From positions 320,001 through 384,000 of the forward strand of contig OY782041.1 of NCBI GenBank assembly GCA_963677595.1: a DNA stretch of 64,000 bases, written 5' to 3'. A program made the translations under genes and the position numbers. Positions within the stretch are counted from its first letter, which is position 1; every line of letters begins with the position of its first letter. This DNA is from Spirochaetia bacterium (GTDB taxonomy: Bacteria; Spirochaetota; Spirochaetia; CAKZLE01). This document shows, in pieces, positions 48,009 through 57,469 of the stretch. The notes under the pieces were generated by a model. The model saw nothing but the letters and a program-made list of their open reading frames with translations. It had not been told where the DNA came from and did not search any database.

Positions 48009-48566
48009 ATGAGAAAGAACAGATTCATCATCCTGCTGGCACTTTTCGCCTTGGCAGTATCAGGGGGCCTCTATGCAGCAAACACCTTCAGTGCAGGCGT
48101 CGCAGGCTACTACACCTACGATGACCTGACTGCAGGCAATTATCGCACATTCCTTCCCGGAGTACGGGTGGAATTCTTCCTGAATGATTTCTTGGGCGTA
48201 TCAGGAGATGCAGTGTTCAAGCAGGATGCCGATTACGAGGATGTCTATTCCGCTACCTGTATTGCCGATGTAGTGCTCCGGCTCCCGCTCGGGCCGCTGG
48301 AACCGTATGTAGCGACAGGTCCTGCGTTCGAGGGTATCATCGTGGGCGACTACTTCGATATCGAGGACAGTGCTTTTGCCTACAACCTCAGAGGCGGAGT
48401 CGACCTGAACCTCTGGGACACATTCTCGGTAGGGACGGAGGTCAACTTCCTGGTAGATGATGTGATCTCATTCGTGGAGGGGTTCTCAGACCTGACCCCC
48501 ACCCAGCAGAGCCAGGTCCTCAAGGAGTACGGTACCATCGGCCTAACAGCTAAGCTCAAGTTCTGA
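48009..48566 (+). CDS. Outer-membrane beta-barrel-like protein
   Basis: Signal peptide, alternating beta-strands, EPYV..G motif, terminal Phe (LTAKLKF). Confidence 0.7.
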   Translation: MRKNRFIILLALFALAVSGGLYAANTFSAGVAGYYTYDDLTAGNYRTFLPGVRVEFFLNDFLGVSGDAVFKQDADYEDVYSATCIADVVLRLPLGPLEPYVATGPAFEGIIVGDYFDIEDSAFAYNLRGGVDLNLWDTFSVGTEVNFLVDDVISFVEGFSDLTPTQQSQVLKEYGTIGLTAKLKF

Positions 48567-48591
48567 GCTAAAAAAGCTGTGCTGTCATAGT

Positions 48592-49959
48592 TCAAACTGG
48601 GGGTTGAGTCGGGAACTCGATAATAAAACAGTTCCCGACTCCTTCACGACTCTCCAGCTTGACATCCCCGCCATGCAGCTGTGCTATCTGGCGTACGATC
48701 GAGAGCCCAAGACCGTTCCCCGGTGTTAAACTGCCCCGGGAAGTATCACCGCGGTAGAACCTTTCGAATATCTTCTCACGCAGCAGGGCAGGTATAGGTT
48801 CCCCGTCATCACACACTTCTATCCGGCAGAGATCCTGCTCGATGCTGCCGCTTATCACAACATGCTTACCGCTTCGGTTGTACCGTATCGCATTCTGGAT
48901 GAGGTTGCCGACAGCCCTTCGCATTCTCACCTCATCCATCAAAACAGTACCAGCCTCCCCTTCCGGCAGCCTGCAGGAGAGCGACTTGGCCCCTATGGCG
49001 GCTGCACTCCTCCACTGCCGCTCCACTGTGGAGAGAACCATCCGCAGATCAAGTGCTCGCAGGTTCAGCCGTATCTCTCCGCAGTCCGCCTCAGAGAGGT
49101 ACTCCAGGTCATATACCAGGCCCGAGAGCGAATCGATGCTGCCGATCATGCCCCTGGTTGCCTCATCAACGGTGGTGATGCCGTCTTTGAGAGATCTAGC
49201 CTCAAGCCGGATCGCGTGCAGTGGTCCGTTGAGGTCATGGGCGAGGTCTGCCATCAACTGCCGCCTCAAACCCCTCTGCCGCTCAAGCTCCCCGCTCATC
49301 TCATTGAATGATTCCCCGAGACTCGTGGTCTCGGAACTCCCGGAAGGGATGATCTCCTTCTGCTCCCCTGAGGCGACAGCTGTCATCGCATGCTGAAGCT
49401 CACTGAGCGGCCGTGTGATCCGCCTTGACATGATGGCCAGGATGAGGACTGCGATACCGGCAGTCACGACCTCCCTCCAGAGGAGAGACGTGAGGAGAGA
49501 TGTGAGGTATTTTCTGCTCTCGGCATCGATATAGTCAGCGCTGATATAGAGCGTCACCGACCCGACAGCCTCCAAGGCTTCAAGGTCGCGTATCTCGCAG
49601 CGGTCACCCTTAATCAGGGCGCTGTTTCCCACGGTGGAGAGGGTCTCGAAACTGTTTAGCAGCATCTTCCCCTCGACATCATGGACCACCAGGCGGATGT
49701 GGGCATCCTGCTCTCCGAGGTAATCGAGGGAGATCATATGCTCAAGTTCTGTTTCCAGTTCATCCCACCCCTGGTCCCGTGTGTAGACGGCACTCAGGTA
49801 CCCGCCTATCAGCTCGCTCCTGAAACTCGTCAGGAGCAGCGGCAGGTCTCGCCGATACTGCATATAATCAAGTGCCATACTCAACGCGGATGAGAGGAGG
49901 ACGATGAGGAAGAATACCGATGTGATGTAGACGTACATCGGGACGTTTCTTACTCGCAT
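48592..49959 (-). CDS. HAMP sensor histidine kinase (BaeS-like)
   Basis: AHDLNGPL, NLIQNAIRY, FERFYR, GNGLGL. Confidence 0.93.
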   Translation of the reverse strand: MRVRNVPMYVYITSVFFLIVLLSSALSMALDYMQYRRDLPLLLTSFRSELIGGYLSAVYTRDQGWDELETELEHMISLDYLGEQDAHIRLVVHDVEGKMLLNSFETLSTVGNSALIKGDRCEIRDLEALEAVGSVTLYISADYIDAESRKYLTSLLTSLLWREVVTAGIAVLILAIMSRRITRPLSELQHAMTAVASGEQKEIIPSGSSETTSLGESFNEMSGELERQRGLRRQLMADLAHDLNGPLHAIRLEARSLKDGITTVDEATRGMIGSIDSLSGLVYDLEYLSEADCGEIRLNLRALDLRMVLSTVERQWRSAAAIGAKSLSCRLPEGEAGTVLMDEVRMRRAVGNLIQNAIRYNRSGKHVVISGSIEQDLCRIEVCDDGEPIPALLREKIFERFYRGDTSRGSLTPGNGLGLSIVRQIAQLHGGDVKLESREGVGNCFIIEFPTQPPV

Positions 49960-50624
49960 ACCAACCGGTACCCCCCTCCATAGACTGTCTGGATCGGGGC
50001 GAATCCATCTGCGTGGATGATCTTCCTCAAACGGCGGATATGAGAGTCTACAGCCCGGTCGTACCCTTCGAACGAATCGGGGAAGGACTGCTCGATGATC
50101 TGCTCCCGGGACAGCACTGCTCCCGGCTGTCTCAGGAGGGTCCAGAGGATGAGGAACTGGGCCTGTGTGACTGGCAGCCGCGCCCCATCCAGGAAGACCT
50201 CAGCGGTATCGCTGTCCGCACTCAGCCGGCCGCAGGTTATCGTTCTGCGCACCTGGCTCCTCGTCCGTCGCAGGAGGGCTTTCACCCGTGCCACAAGCTC
50301 ATCCGGGTCAAAGGGTTTAGTGATATAGTCATCAGCACCGCCGTCCAGCCCTTTCAGGCGGTCATCGCGGGAACCAAGGGCAGTCACCATGATGATAGGC
50401 ACATCCGAATCCTGCCGTATGATCCTACGGAGCTCGCTCCCGTCGATCCCCGGCAGCATGATATCGAGGAGGATCAGGTCGAAGCTCTCAGTGCGAATCG
50501 CCTCCAGCGCCTTCCTGCCGTCCGGGACATGCATAGTCCTGAGACCGGATCGTTCCAGGTACGCGCTGACCAGATGTGCACTGCGCACATCATCCTCAAC
50601 CAGCAGTATCCGGGTCTCACTCAT
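49950..50624 (-). CDS. OmpR-family response regulator (BaeR-like)
   Basis: VEDD, LDIMLP, GADDYITKPF, RAVDSHIRRLR. Confidence 0.95.
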   Translation of the reverse strand: MSETRILLVEDDVRSAHLVSAYLERSGLRTMHVPDGRKALEAIRTESFDLILLDIMLPGIDGSELRRIIRQDSDVPIIMVTALGSRDDRLKGLDGGADDYITKPFDPDELVARVKALLRRTRSQVRRTITCGRLSADSDTAEVFLDGARLPVTQAQFLILWTLLRQPGAVLSREQIIEQSFPDSFEGYDRAVDSHIRRLRKIIHADGFAPIQTVYGGGYRLVCE

Positions 50625-51205
50625 CTCTTGCTGGACTCTCTATGGTTCGCGGTTGGTGCTGGCTGCTGAGATGGGGAGGGACCTGACGGTCCCGCACCGC
50701 CGGCTGGGGACGTTTGGGGACTCTCTTCATGATCGGTATGGTCCGAGGGTTGCCCTACGGGTTCATCTGGCTGGTGATTATCCTGCTCATTCGTCTGGTG
50801 ACCTGAAGGTTCATCCACCTGCTCATGAGTCTGTACTGCTGAAGTACTCCCCCCTGTTGGCCGGGAGTTGTCAGTTCGGGTGACCTTACCCCCACTGTTC
50901 ATCCCGGCAAACAGGGATTGGGCCTCATCAGCAGTTAGCTCACCTTCCGCGATACGATAGAGGAGGACCTCGAGCACACCGGAGGTGTCGGTGAAGGGAA
51001 CTCGGTAGTCCCGCCTCAATTCATCGAGGGCAGCCTGAGCTTCCGCCACAGACAGCTCGCCGGTACTGACCTTGAGGCTCAACTCGGAGAAAGTCTGTGA
51101 CAACGTACTTTCGTAGCCTGTCTCTCTGGACCCCAGGCTGTACAAACTGGAGCATAGCAGCAGCATGCAGCAGATAAGAACTACTATGATCCTCTTTCTC
51201 TTCAC
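50621..51205 (-). CDS. Exported hypothetical protein, low-complexity C-terminus
   Basis: Signal peptide (YSLGSRE), repeated GELS/T..EAQ, Q/H/P/S-rich tail. Confidence 0.7.
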   Translation of the reverse strand: MKRKRIIVVLICCMLLLCSSLYSLGSRETGYESTLSQTFSELSLKVSTGELSVAEAQAALDELRRDYRVPFTDTSGVLEVLLYRIAEGELTADEAQSLFAGMNSGGKVTRTDNSRPTGGSTSAVQTHEQVDEPSGHQTNEQDNHQPDEPVGQPSDHTDHEESPQTSPAGGAGPSGPSPSQQPAPTANHRESSKR

Positions 51206-51348
51206 TCGCAGTCACTCCCTTTCAACTGAACAAGACCCTATGGACCCAGTCATTGTACCATGCTGGTTGTTCACCCGCAACTGGGCACGTCATGCTGCGC
51301 GAACAGGGAGCAGGGCGGTCCAGTTTCTCCCAAAAGTGCGTATCATGA

Positions 51349-51924
51349 TCAGTGGGACCCATGCCCGTGGGTCCCTGCAGCAGGAGCACCAGGGCTTGCC
51401 TGTGCTGGGGGTGCAGCATGTTCATGGACAGGGGGTGAAGGCACCTGTGTCAGGTCCGTACCCTCTTCAGAGTCGGGCTCTGTCTCAGTCACTGTACCGA
51501 TACCGCTGTCAACACCGACAGCCGCATGGAGTTCGTGCTGATAGTGCGTCTGAGCCCCAGGTGCATCAAGAGATGCAGCCCCGGTATATGTCACATTCGC
51601 TCCCCCGAACTCCACCAGACCGAGTATACTGGCGAGGGAGGCAAGTTCCTCATCCGTGAGTTCTGCGTCTTCGATCCCGGCAGCGACTGCAGCGTAATCG
51701 AAGCTGCTCCCGTCAGAGAAGCCTTCCAGCCCCAGGATATCGGCAAGTGAAGCCAATTCCTCGTCCGAGAGTGCGTCCTCTGCTGTTCCTGCATCGAGGA
51801 GGGCAGACTGTATGTCAGATACCGTCGTGAGGGCCTCGCTTTCCGATGAGCCCCCGGCAAAGGCCGCACCACATACCAGTACCGTCAGCATGATGCTCAG
51901 CACCACAATCTTCTTCATGTTCAT
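51349..51924 (-). CDS. Exported hypothetical protein with internal repeat and His-rich tail
   Basis: FAGGSSE signal; L(S/T)DEELASLAxILGL twice; ends THGHGSH. Confidence 0.75.
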   Translation of the reverse strand: MNMKKIVVLSIMLTVLVCGAAFAGGSSESEALTTVSDIQSALLDAGTAEDALSDEELASLADILGLEGFSDGSSFDYAAVAAGIEDAELTDEELASLASILGLVEFGGANVTYTGAASLDAPGAQTHYQHELHAAVGVDSGIGTVTETEPDSEEGTDLTQVPSPPVHEHAAPPAQASPGAPAAGTHGHGSH

Positions 51925-51928
51925 CCTC

Positions 51929-51998
51929 TTCTCCTTGCGGGTCGTTACCCAATACCTGAGGATATGATACGGGGGAAATATGACGCAATTTTGTCAGG
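51929..51998 (-). promoter_or_regulatory. Conserved promoter/leader, copy B
   Basis: Reverse complement CCTGACAAAATTGCGTCATATTTCCCCCGTATCATAT...GGGTAACGACCC..AGGAGAA. Confidence 0.8.
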
Positions 51999-52106
51999 AG
52001 GATAATTTCTGATCAAGATCTGAGCCTACGGAGCATACGTTGAGTAAAACTCATGCATGAAGAGTTCACCCTGCAGGGGTATCGATCAGGGCTGGTCTTT
52101 TGGACA

Positions 52107-52568
52107 TCATGTACGAGACTCTATCATCTTGTGGTAGGCATTCAGCTTGGTGACATGCGCAAAGTAATCTCCCTGCTCATCAGGCGGCAGGCGATCGAGG
52201 ATCTCTGTCATGTATGCCCAGTGTTCGTTCTTAAAGCGTGTGGTCAGCTCCATACCCGCTTCCGTCAGCACAAGATTGTATACCCGCTTGTCCCCGGCTG
52301 ACTGCTCCTTCTCTATATACCCGCCCGTGATCAGCCTTGCAGCCACAGGGGTAAAGGACCCTTTCGCGATGACGAGCATGCGGCTCAGATCGGACATGGT
52401 CATCTTCCCATGGAACCGAAGTGTCAGCATAGCCTTCATATGGGTGAAGTTCAGGCCTTCCGGGAGCTTGAACACCTCTTCGAAGTCCTTGAAGAATACC
52501 GATATGATGTATCGGTGCAGGTCGAACAGGCTCTCGATCCGCTCTTCTGCTAGGTTAGCTTTTTCCAT
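52107..52568 (-). CDS. MarR-family regulator
   Basis: MTMSDLS, DKRVYNLVLTEAG. Confidence 0.92.
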   Translation of the reverse strand: MEKANLAEERIESLFDLHRYIISVFFKDFEEVFKLPEGLNFTHMKAMLTLRFHGKMTMSDLSRMLVIAKGSFTPVAARLITGGYIEKEQSAGDKRVYNLVLTEAGMELTTRFKNEHWAYMTEILDRLPPDEQGDYFAHVTKLNAYHKMIESRT

Positions 52569-52582
52569 ACGTCATTATAGTC

Positions 52583-53995
52583 CTACGAGAACTCTTTGAC
52601 TACACGCATCCTGGAGTCTTCCAGGATACAGCCTCCCGTCGTCTCCTTCTCATCATGCAGCCGGTTCAACTCCCGGAAGAACGAGAGGCTCATCAGCATG
52701 GCAACACCGGTAGTGAGGATGTCAGCGATCGGCTGGGCATAGATGAACCCATTGAACCCAAAGAGGTCATTGAGCAGGAACAGCGCTGGGAGATAGATGA
52801 TGCACTGCCTGCCGAGCGATACGACCATTGCCCTGAAGGCTTTACCGACCGACTGGAAGGTGATCATCATCGCCATCTGCAGGCCGATGAACGGCAGCCC
52901 TATGGAGAAAGCCTTGATCATCTTCGTACCAGCCGCTATGGTTGCAGGATCCTTGATGAAGAGGCCTATCAGGTTCTCCCCGAAGAGCAGGAATACGACC
53001 ATGAAGAAGGCAGCGAGTCCTGTTGCGTAGAGGAGTGTTATCTTGAATCCTTCCTTGAGCCTGTCATACTTCTGTGCGCCGTAATTATACCCCGCAAACG
53101 GCTGGTACCCCTGGGCCAACCCCATGATGAGCATGAAGGCCATACTCACGACCCGCATCTGGACACCATTTCCGGCAACGATATGGTCCCCATATCCTGC
53201 GGCGATGATGTTGACGAGCACCATGGAGAAGGACATCACCAGGTTGGACAGCGCGGAGGGGATGCCGATCTTGAAGATCTCCCCGTATATACGCTTCGTA
53301 GGATGAATATGCCGTACCTTCACTGACAGCAGGGTCCTCTTCGACATCAGGTGTGACGCGAAATAGAGAGCCCCGATCCCAGTGCCGATCACGGTCGCCC
53401 AGGCTGCCCCGGCAACCCCCATATCGAGGACGAAGATGAACACAGGGTCCAGGATGATATTAGACCCGATGCCCAGGACCATCCCGATCATGGCCTTGTT
53501 GGTTGCGCCCTCACTCCTGATAAGACCCGATAACGTAATCTGCAGGATGAACACGATCGAGAAGACTGAGATGACTGAGAAATATGCATTGGTCGCCTGG
53601 AATGTCGCGGGGCTTGTCCCGATGACCGAAAGCAAAGGCTGGCGGAATAGCATCAATACTGCAGTTATGATGATCCCTATGGCAGTTGCTGTATATACTG
53701 CCGTGGACGAGGTCCTCTTAGCTTCATCATAGTCCTTCGAACCGAGTTTCCGGGATATGTAGCTGGATGCCCCATTCGCGAAGATGTTCCCGATTGCCTG
53801 GATACCCATGAACACCGGGGTCGCGATCGAGAGGGCGGCGACCAGGTTCGGGTCATTCAGCCTCCCGATGAAGAAGGTATCCGTGAGATTATATATCATG
53901 ACCACGGTCATAGACAGCATCGTGGGCAGGGAGAGTCTCAGGATCGCCTGCCTGACCGGCGCTTTCTCCATGAGCTGTATTCTATCAGTATCCAT
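52583..53995 (-). CDS. MATE efflux transporter (MepA-like)
   Basis: YNLTDTFFIG, NIILDPVFIF..MGVAGAAWAT, GYNYGA. Confidence 0.93.
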   Translation of the reverse strand: MDTDRIQLMEKAPVRQAILRLSLPTMLSMTVVMIYNLTDTFFIGRLNDPNLVAALSIATPVFMGIQAIGNIFANGASSYISRKLGSKDYDEAKRTSSTAVYTATAIGIIITAVLMLFRQPLLSVIGTSPATFQATNAYFSVISVFSIVFILQITLSGLIRSEGATNKAMIGMVLGIGSNIILDPVFIFVLDMGVAGAAWATVIGTGIGALYFASHLMSKRTLLSVKVRHIHPTKRIYGEIFKIGIPSALSNLVMSFSMVLVNIIAAGYGDHIVAGNGVQMRVVSMAFMLIMGLAQGYQPFAGYNYGAQKYDRLKEGFKITLLYATGLAAFFMVVFLLFGENLIGLFIKDPATIAAGTKMIKAFSIGLPFIGLQMAMMITFQSVGKAFRAMVVSLGRQCIIYLPALFLLNDLFGFNGFIYAQPIADILTTGVAMLMSLSFFRELNRLHDEKETTGGCILEDSRMRVVKEFS

Positions 53996-54022
53996 GTATG
54001 TGCTCCTACGCATCTGTATAAT

Positions 54023-54088
54023 TAGTTTGTTTTCTAACTAAATATACCGAGCCTTGCAGAAAGAGTCAAGTAGTTTGTTTTCTAACTA
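54023..54088 (-). promoter_or_regulatory. MATE promoter flanked by two identical MarR-type boxes
   Basis: TAGTTTGTTTTCTAACTA at 54023-54040 and 54071-54088, around TTGACT-N17-TATATT. Confidence 0.85.
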
Positions 54089-54188
54089 TATACCAGTATG
54101 AGCAGCTGGTATGCGCTGTGATGCACACACATACAGTATTCTCTCCAGGAATTGAATCAAACACGACTTTTTCGTGTTTAGTACCAGT

Positions 54189-55610
54189 ATGGACTATACA
54201 CGAATCAACGACATCGTACAGAAGAAGTTCTCCATCCCCTCCCTCTACCCTTACCAGCAGCTGGTCATCACCAACATCATCGAGGGGATCGAGGAGGATC
54301 TCGAACCCCATGACCAGCTGGTGATCCTGCCCACAGGCTACGGGAAGTCGATCTGCTTCATGGTGCCTGGGCTGCTCATCAAGGGGCTCACGCTGGTGAT
54401 CTATCCCCTCCTCTCCCTGCTCAACGACCAGGAACGGCGCTTCAGGAAGATTGGGGCCCCTGCCATCGTGATCAGGGGTGGTGATGATCGGGAGGAGCGG
54501 CGAAAAGCTGTCTCATATATCGCATCACAGGAACGGGGCTTCATCCTGACGACCCCGGAGTCGCTGGAGACTAACACGGTACAAGCTATGATGCAGAGCC
54601 TCCCCATCCGCCATATCGTCATCGACGAGGCCCATATCGTGAGCTTCTGGGGTAAGAGTTTCCGCCCTGCCTATGCACGGTTGGGGGAGACGATCTCTCG
54701 CTTGAGAGTTTCCCAGATTACTGCCTTCACTGCCACGGCTGCAGCACATACCATCGATGATATCAGACAGCTCCTGTTCCTGGGACGTCCGGTCCACCTC
54801 ATCGAGGGGATGACCGACCGTCCCAACATCTTCTACAAGGTCATCCCCTCGATCAGCAAGGTCCATGACCTGCACTACCTCTTCAGCCGTGAACAGATAC
54901 AGAAACCTATACTCGTGTTCTGCCCCAGGCGGGCACTGACCGAACAGCTTGCCTATCTCTTCCGAATGAGACTCGGCAGCAAAGAGATCTACTACTACCA
55001 TGCAGGGATGGAGAAGGATGAACGGAACTATGTGGAGAAGTGGTTCCACCCCTCGTCTGACGGGATCCTCTTCGCCACATCGGCCTTCGGTCTGGGGGTG
55101 GACAAACCGGATGTGCGGACGGTCATCCACCACACGGTATCCTCGACGGTAGAGGCCTTCCTCCAGGAATCAGGACGGGCCGGCCGGGACGGTAAGCCGT
55201 CCCTCTCAGTCGTCCTCCATCACTGGAAGGATGGTCTCTCAGCATCAGTGAAGCCGTTCATCACGTCCGTCTCCACGTGCAGGAGGACCACCCTGCTCGA
55301 GGGGTTCTCCCTGCAGCCGGACTCCTGCTTCGGCTGTGATGTCTGCAGGAAGAGCGTCATCACCCTCCCCGACGGGTATGAGCAGATCATGAACCTGATC
55401 CGGCAGTACCCCCGCCGTTTCTTAACAGAGCAGGCTGCCTTAGTCCTGTACGGGCGGATGTCATACACCGTGCGCCGGGAGCGTCTCCATGACTGCAGGT
55501 ATTTCGGCATCCTCTCCTCCTGGCAACTCGATGATATCATGGAGGCAGTGGGTTCCATGACGAGGTTGGGGATCCTGAGAACAGATACACACGGCAGGCT
55601 GAGCCAATAA
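54189..55610 (+). CDS. recQ: RecQ-family ATP-dependent DNA helicase (short form)
   Basis: PTGYGKS, DEAH, FRPAY, TATA, YHAG, QESGRAGRDG, CRR...CxxCDVC. Confidence 0.9.
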   Translation: MDYTRINDIVQKKFSIPSLYPYQQLVITNIIEGIEEDLEPHDQLVILPTGYGKSICFMVPGLLIKGLTLVIYPLLSLLNDQERRFRKIGAPAIVIRGGDDREERRKAVSYIASQERGFILTTPESLETNTVQAMMQSLPIRHIVIDEAHIVSFWGKSFRPAYARLGETISRLRVSQITAFTATAAAHTIDDIRQLLFLGRPVHLIEGMTDRPNIFYKVIPSISKVHDLHYLFSREQIQKPILVFCPRRALTEQLAYLFRMRLGSKEIYYYHAGMEKDERNYVEKWFHPSSDGILFATSAFGLGVDKPDVRTVIHHTVSSTVEAFLQESGRAGRDGKPSLSVVLHHWKDGLSASVKPFITSVSTCRRTTLLEGFSLQPDSCFGCDVCRKSVITLPDGYEQIMNLIRQYPRRFLTEQAALVLYGRMSYTVRRERLHDCRYFGILSSWQLDDIMEAVGSMTRLGILRTDTHGRLSQ

Positions 55611-55614
55611 CTCG

Positions 55615-56034
55615 CTATGGTCGTTCTGCAATGAACGTCACAAACCGAGTGGTCTGGGTGTCATCATCCCAGAAGGTGATCGAGAGAGTCGAGTCAGTTA
55701 TGGTGAAGGTGCCGAAGACATCAGTCTCTATCAAATCAGGCCTGTAGTCCTGCTGCTTGATGATATAGTCGAAGTCCTCGCTGCCGACATTGAAGATGAT
55801 ACCGCGTTCGAAGATCGTGTCCTCATCATCGAGGATGAACATCTCATCATCGGTGAAGATGAACATATAGTGGGGAGTCGCGTTATCAGGGTTGGAAGTG
55901 ATCACCTATCTTCCGATCAGGGGATTCGAGTCATCCCCTCCTAAACCTAATAGGGAACATCCCACCCCCATGATCAGGATGATGAGCATCATCAGCATGG
56001 TCACACCCATTGACATGATTCGCTTCTTATTCAT
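55615..56034 (-). pseudogene. Lipoprotein interrupted by an in-frame TAG (55906-55908)
   Basis: AAGGAGGT RBS; MNKKR...MGVGC lipobox...NPLIGR*VITS continues in frame into ORF 55615-55905. Confidence 0.75.
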
Positions 56035-57469
56035 ACAGACCTCCTTGGTATTCTCTCTGCGGACAGCTTGAAGACCTGTTCGGGCTGCCCGCAGGAACTC
56101 ATAAAAAAGATTATCAGCTTGTATATGGCATGGAGTGGGAGGGCATGGCGAGCTGTACAGACATACACAGGCTCTATGTTCAATTATATGACCGCATTCT
56201 GAGAAGTCAACGTTATATTCATAATATTATTGAGTTTCTTTCTATGTTTCTTTGAGTGTTTTTATCTATTCACCTGCTATACAATCACTTTTACCATGCA
56301 CCCTATCAGTGATCATGGTATAGGGCTACCCTATGTGTCATTCCGTATGATACCTCATTCTGAACCCAGCAGGATGCTCCCCTCCACTGACAAGCCTGCC
56401 GGTATCTGCTACACTGATGCCATTCCTGGCAGTATCAGCCGGGGACTATCTCCCATATCATGGAGGCACTTCAGATGAGACATGACATACAGTTCCCCAG
56501 GATGGCCATGGGCACCTGGACCTTCGCAGGCGATACGATCTGGGACGCCTCTGACGAACAGGAGTCTATCTCCGTCATCCATGCTGCCCTCGATATGGGC
56601 ATCACCCTCTTCGACTCCTCCCCCAATTACGGGAACGGGCGCAGCGAGTCCATCCTGGGTAGGGCCCTGGCTGATCACCCTGAAGCTATGGTCGCAACAA
56701 AGACCAAGATCCAGGGGCAGAGTCGTGACGCTTTGAGGGCTGCTGTAGAAGGTAGCCTGAGGAGGCTCGGAAGAGAAGCGATCGACCTCATACAGATCCA
56801 TTGGCCGGGCACTCCCGAGGAGACCGCTGAGGCACTGGGACTCTTCATGGAGATGCGTCAGGAAGGGGAGATCCGGGCTGTCGGGGTATGTAATTTCGGA
56901 GTATATGACCTGAAAGAGACTGCAGGCTATCCCATCATCAGCAACCAGCTGCCGTACAACCTGATGTGGCGGGTCATTGAGAGGGAGATAGCTCCTCTTT
57001 CCAAAGAGATGGGGAAGCAGGTATGGGTCTATTCCCCGCTTCAGCAGGGGCTGCTGACCGGGAAATATTCCGACCTCACTGGTTTCCCATCGGGGAGGAA
57101 ACGTACACGGCATTATGCATCCTCTCATCCAGCAGCGAACCATGGTGAGGCAGGAATGGAAGCTGAGACACAGGCTGCATTGACAGGATTCCTTGAGATA
57201 GCTGAAGAGACCGGTATTGGACCGCTGGAACTGGGGCTCCGTTATATCCCACATTCCTCACTTTCATGACGCACACATAGCAGGATTTTCCATTTCAGGA
57301 AAGGATTGAGACTACGAAGGGCTATTCATCCTTACCGATCCTCCACACGGCATAAAAATCGGCAAATCCGCCTGGTTGCTACCCCGTCTGAACAGACATG
57401 CTGATGATCAGGACAGTAACCAGCCTTCTCATAGGTTCTGAGGATCAGACGCAGGTACACCTACGAAGT

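Noticed and set aside
34754-55908. Genome-wide TAG recoding or pyrrolysine
   Set aside because: TAG is the normal stop of many genes here (ndk, acyP, the IS passenger, glnA itself), and the two internal TAGs replace different expected residues (Gln, Trp), each by one transition
56301-56313. CCCTATCAGTGAT resembling tetO2
   Set aside because: Only a partial match, the palindrome is broken and there are no tet genes; likely chance
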